The translations under genes were made by a program, and so were the position numbers. From Hypanus sabinus (taxonomy: Eukaryota), in assembly GCF_030144855.1 (NCBI RefSeq), contig NC_082724.1, forward strand, positions 47,368,001 through 47,432,000: a DNA stretch of 64,000 bases. Reading direction: 5' to 3'. The notes below the pieces were generated by a model that searched no databases, was not told the origin of the DNA, and worked only from the letters and a program-made list of their open reading frames with translations. Shown here piece by piece: positions 61,990-64,000 of this stretch. The first letter of the stretch is position 1. Every line of letters begins with the position of its first letter.

Positions 61990-62335
61990 TGGCAAGGTGC
62001 GGATGCGCCTCTATCAAAGGAAGTGCAAGGTGTTCCTTCCCTCTGCTAGCCTGTGTGTCACCCTTGTGCAAGGTGTAGCTTGATCAGGGTCATGTGAAGC
62101 CACAGGCAGCAGGTTGTGGATGGTCGCATGAGCAGTTGGTGCATATCGCAAGCCCTGGGTAAGCAACCACTGATGCCAGGCAGACAATCTCTGAAGGCAA
62201 TGGTTGGGGTCACCCATCTTGTAAAGACACTGCTCAGAAGGAGGCAATAGCAAACCACTTCTGTACAAAAAATTGCTAAGAACAATCATGACCATGATCA
62301 TCCACGTCATACGACATGGCACTTAATGATGATGG
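61990..62335 (+). mobile_element. RTE-related non-autonomous element or SINE
   Basis: gaaggaggcaatagcaaaccacttctgta...ttgctaagaa resembles the BovB/Sauria-SINE type 3' motif. Ends in (TGA)n. Confidence 0.5.
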
Positions 62336-62571
62336 TATCATGTAATTGGACATTGAGTTTGTGTTTCGTTTCACACCATTGCATTATAATGCAATGTTCT
62401 GTTAGTGAATCTTTCCCCACTCGCTAGTGGAACTTGCAATTTACCTTCCTTGACTTCTGCAATGCTACATCACAACTGCAATTTATTTCATGACTCAAGT
62501 GAATCTCTGTAGGTTCTGCTTATTAATTTGGGCCCTGAGTTTTTGTTTTACTATGCCATTTAAAGTATTTA

Positions 62572-63135
62572 GAACATAGAACGTAACAGCACAATACAGA
62601 CCCTTTGGCTCTCTATATTGTTTTGACCTTTTAATCTATTCTAAGATCAATCTAACCATTCCCTCCATGGTAGCACAGTGGTTAGTGCAAAACTATTACA
62701 GCTCAGAGGATCAGAGTTCAATTCCCAGGCCACCTGTAAGGAGTTTGCACATCCTTCCCATTAATGTGTGGGGTTAATAGGTTAACTGGTCATTGTAAAT
62801 TGTCCTGTGATTAGGCTAGGGTAAAATAAGTGAATTGCTGGGCAATGTGGCTCATTGGTCTGGAAGGGGCAGTATCTCTAAATAAATAACCATCCAGTTT
62901 TCTATTATCCACATACTGATGTATGAGTTTCTTAAATGCTCCTAATCTATCTGCTTCTACTACCACACCTGGCAGGGCACTCCATGAATCCAGCACTCTC
63001 TGTGTAAAGAACTTGCCTGTCACGTTCCTTATACTTTCCGACAATTGCCTTAAAATTATGCCTACCTGTACAGTATTAGCCAAAATTTCTGGCTTTTCAC
63101 TCCATCTGTACTTCTTATCATCTTGTACACTGCTT
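62572..63135 (-). mobile_element. CR1 3' fragment interrupted by a SINE
   Basis: GKFFTQRVLDSWSALPGVVVEA on the minus strand. The 3' UTR resumes left of 62667. Confidence 0.8.
62667..62889 (+). mobile_element. tRNA-derived V-SINE nested in the CR1 fragment
   Basis: tggtagcacagtggttag, gagttcaattcc and an (AAAT)n tail. Confidence 0.75.
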
Positions 63136-63152
63136 TCCAGTCACCTCCCAAT

Positions 63153-64000
63153 GACACAAAGTGCTGGAGGAGCCCAGCAGGTCAGGCAGCATTAATAGAA
63201 ATGAAGTCACTATTTCTGGCTGAAACCCTTCATCAGGGCTGGAAAGAAAGGTGAGGTGGGTGGGGTGGTTGGGGAAGATGCCTGAATAAAAAAGTTAGGG
63301 GAAAGGAGCACCAGCTAGAAGGTGTTAGGTGAAGCCAGATGGGTGATGAAGGAGGGATGAAGAAAAAAGCTGGGAGGTGATAAGTGAAAAGGCAAAGGGC
63401 TGGAGAAGAAGGAATCTGTTAGGAGAGGAGAGTGGATCATGGGAGAAAGGAAAGGAGAAGGGGCACCAGGGGAGGTGACATGCAGTTGAAGAAAAAAGAT
63501 AAGAGGCTGGAATGGAGAAATGACTAAGAGGGAAAGGGGGAAGGGGGAAATTACCAGAAGGAGAAATTGATGTTCACACCATCAGGTCAGAGGCTACCTA
63601 GATGGAATATGAGGTGTTCTTCCTTCACTCTGAGAGTAGTCTTAACTGTGGCAAAAAAGGAGGTGATAGGCCGGCATGTTGGAATGGGAATTGGAATTGA
63701 AGTGGTTGGCCACTGAGAGATTCCGCTTTTTGAGTATCATGTGGAGATGCTTGACAAAGCAGTCCCCCAATTTATGTTGAGTCTCACCGATGTGGAGGAG
63801 GCCACAGTGGTAGTACCAAATGCAGTAGACGACCCCAATAGATCCGCAGGTGAAGTGTTACCTCACCTGGAAGGACAGTTTGGGTCCCTGAATGGAAGTG
63901 AGGGTGGAGATGAATGGGTTGGTCTAGCACCTCTGCTGCTTGCAGTGATAAGTGCTAGCAAGGCAATTAATGCAGAAGGATGAATGGACAAGGGAATCAT
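63153..64000 (-). mobile_element. Penelope-like element 3' portion, running off the window end
   Basis: Colinear with 23167-24040. The reverse complement near 63780-63840 reads IGVVYCIW...GLLHIGET (GIY-YIG). Hammerhead-like terminus at 63205-63241. Confidence 0.85.

Overview
This is vertebrate genomic DNA. The repeat complement suggests a cartilaginous fish, probably a ray (inference). Almost the whole window is intron of a metabotropic glutamate receptor 7 gene (GRM7, + strand). One host exon is visible at 48770-49016 (247 bp), encoding TM7 and the proximal cytoplasmic tail. The rest is a dense transposon landscape. Large elements are a young full-length CR1 LINE with both ORFs open (2568-6921), a complete but decayed Gypsy LTR element (9179-13212), a full-length L1-clade LINE with a 16-bp TSD (32566-38454) and an old full-length CR1 (about 53065-56945). 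Smaller pieces include Rex1/Babar, Penelope, RTE and CR1 fragments, tRNA-derived V-SINEs, Deu-domain SINE relics, a Tc1 deletion derivative and a Chapaev3-like fragment. There is one 359-bp assembly gap. The most notable non-coding signals are minimal hammerhead-ribozyme motifs in Penelope termini, fold-back pairs of those termini, and a promoter-like motif cluster in the CR1 5' UTR. I found no wholly new protein-coding system. Family assignments are from recalled motifs, not database searches, and boundaries of degenerate repeats are approximate.
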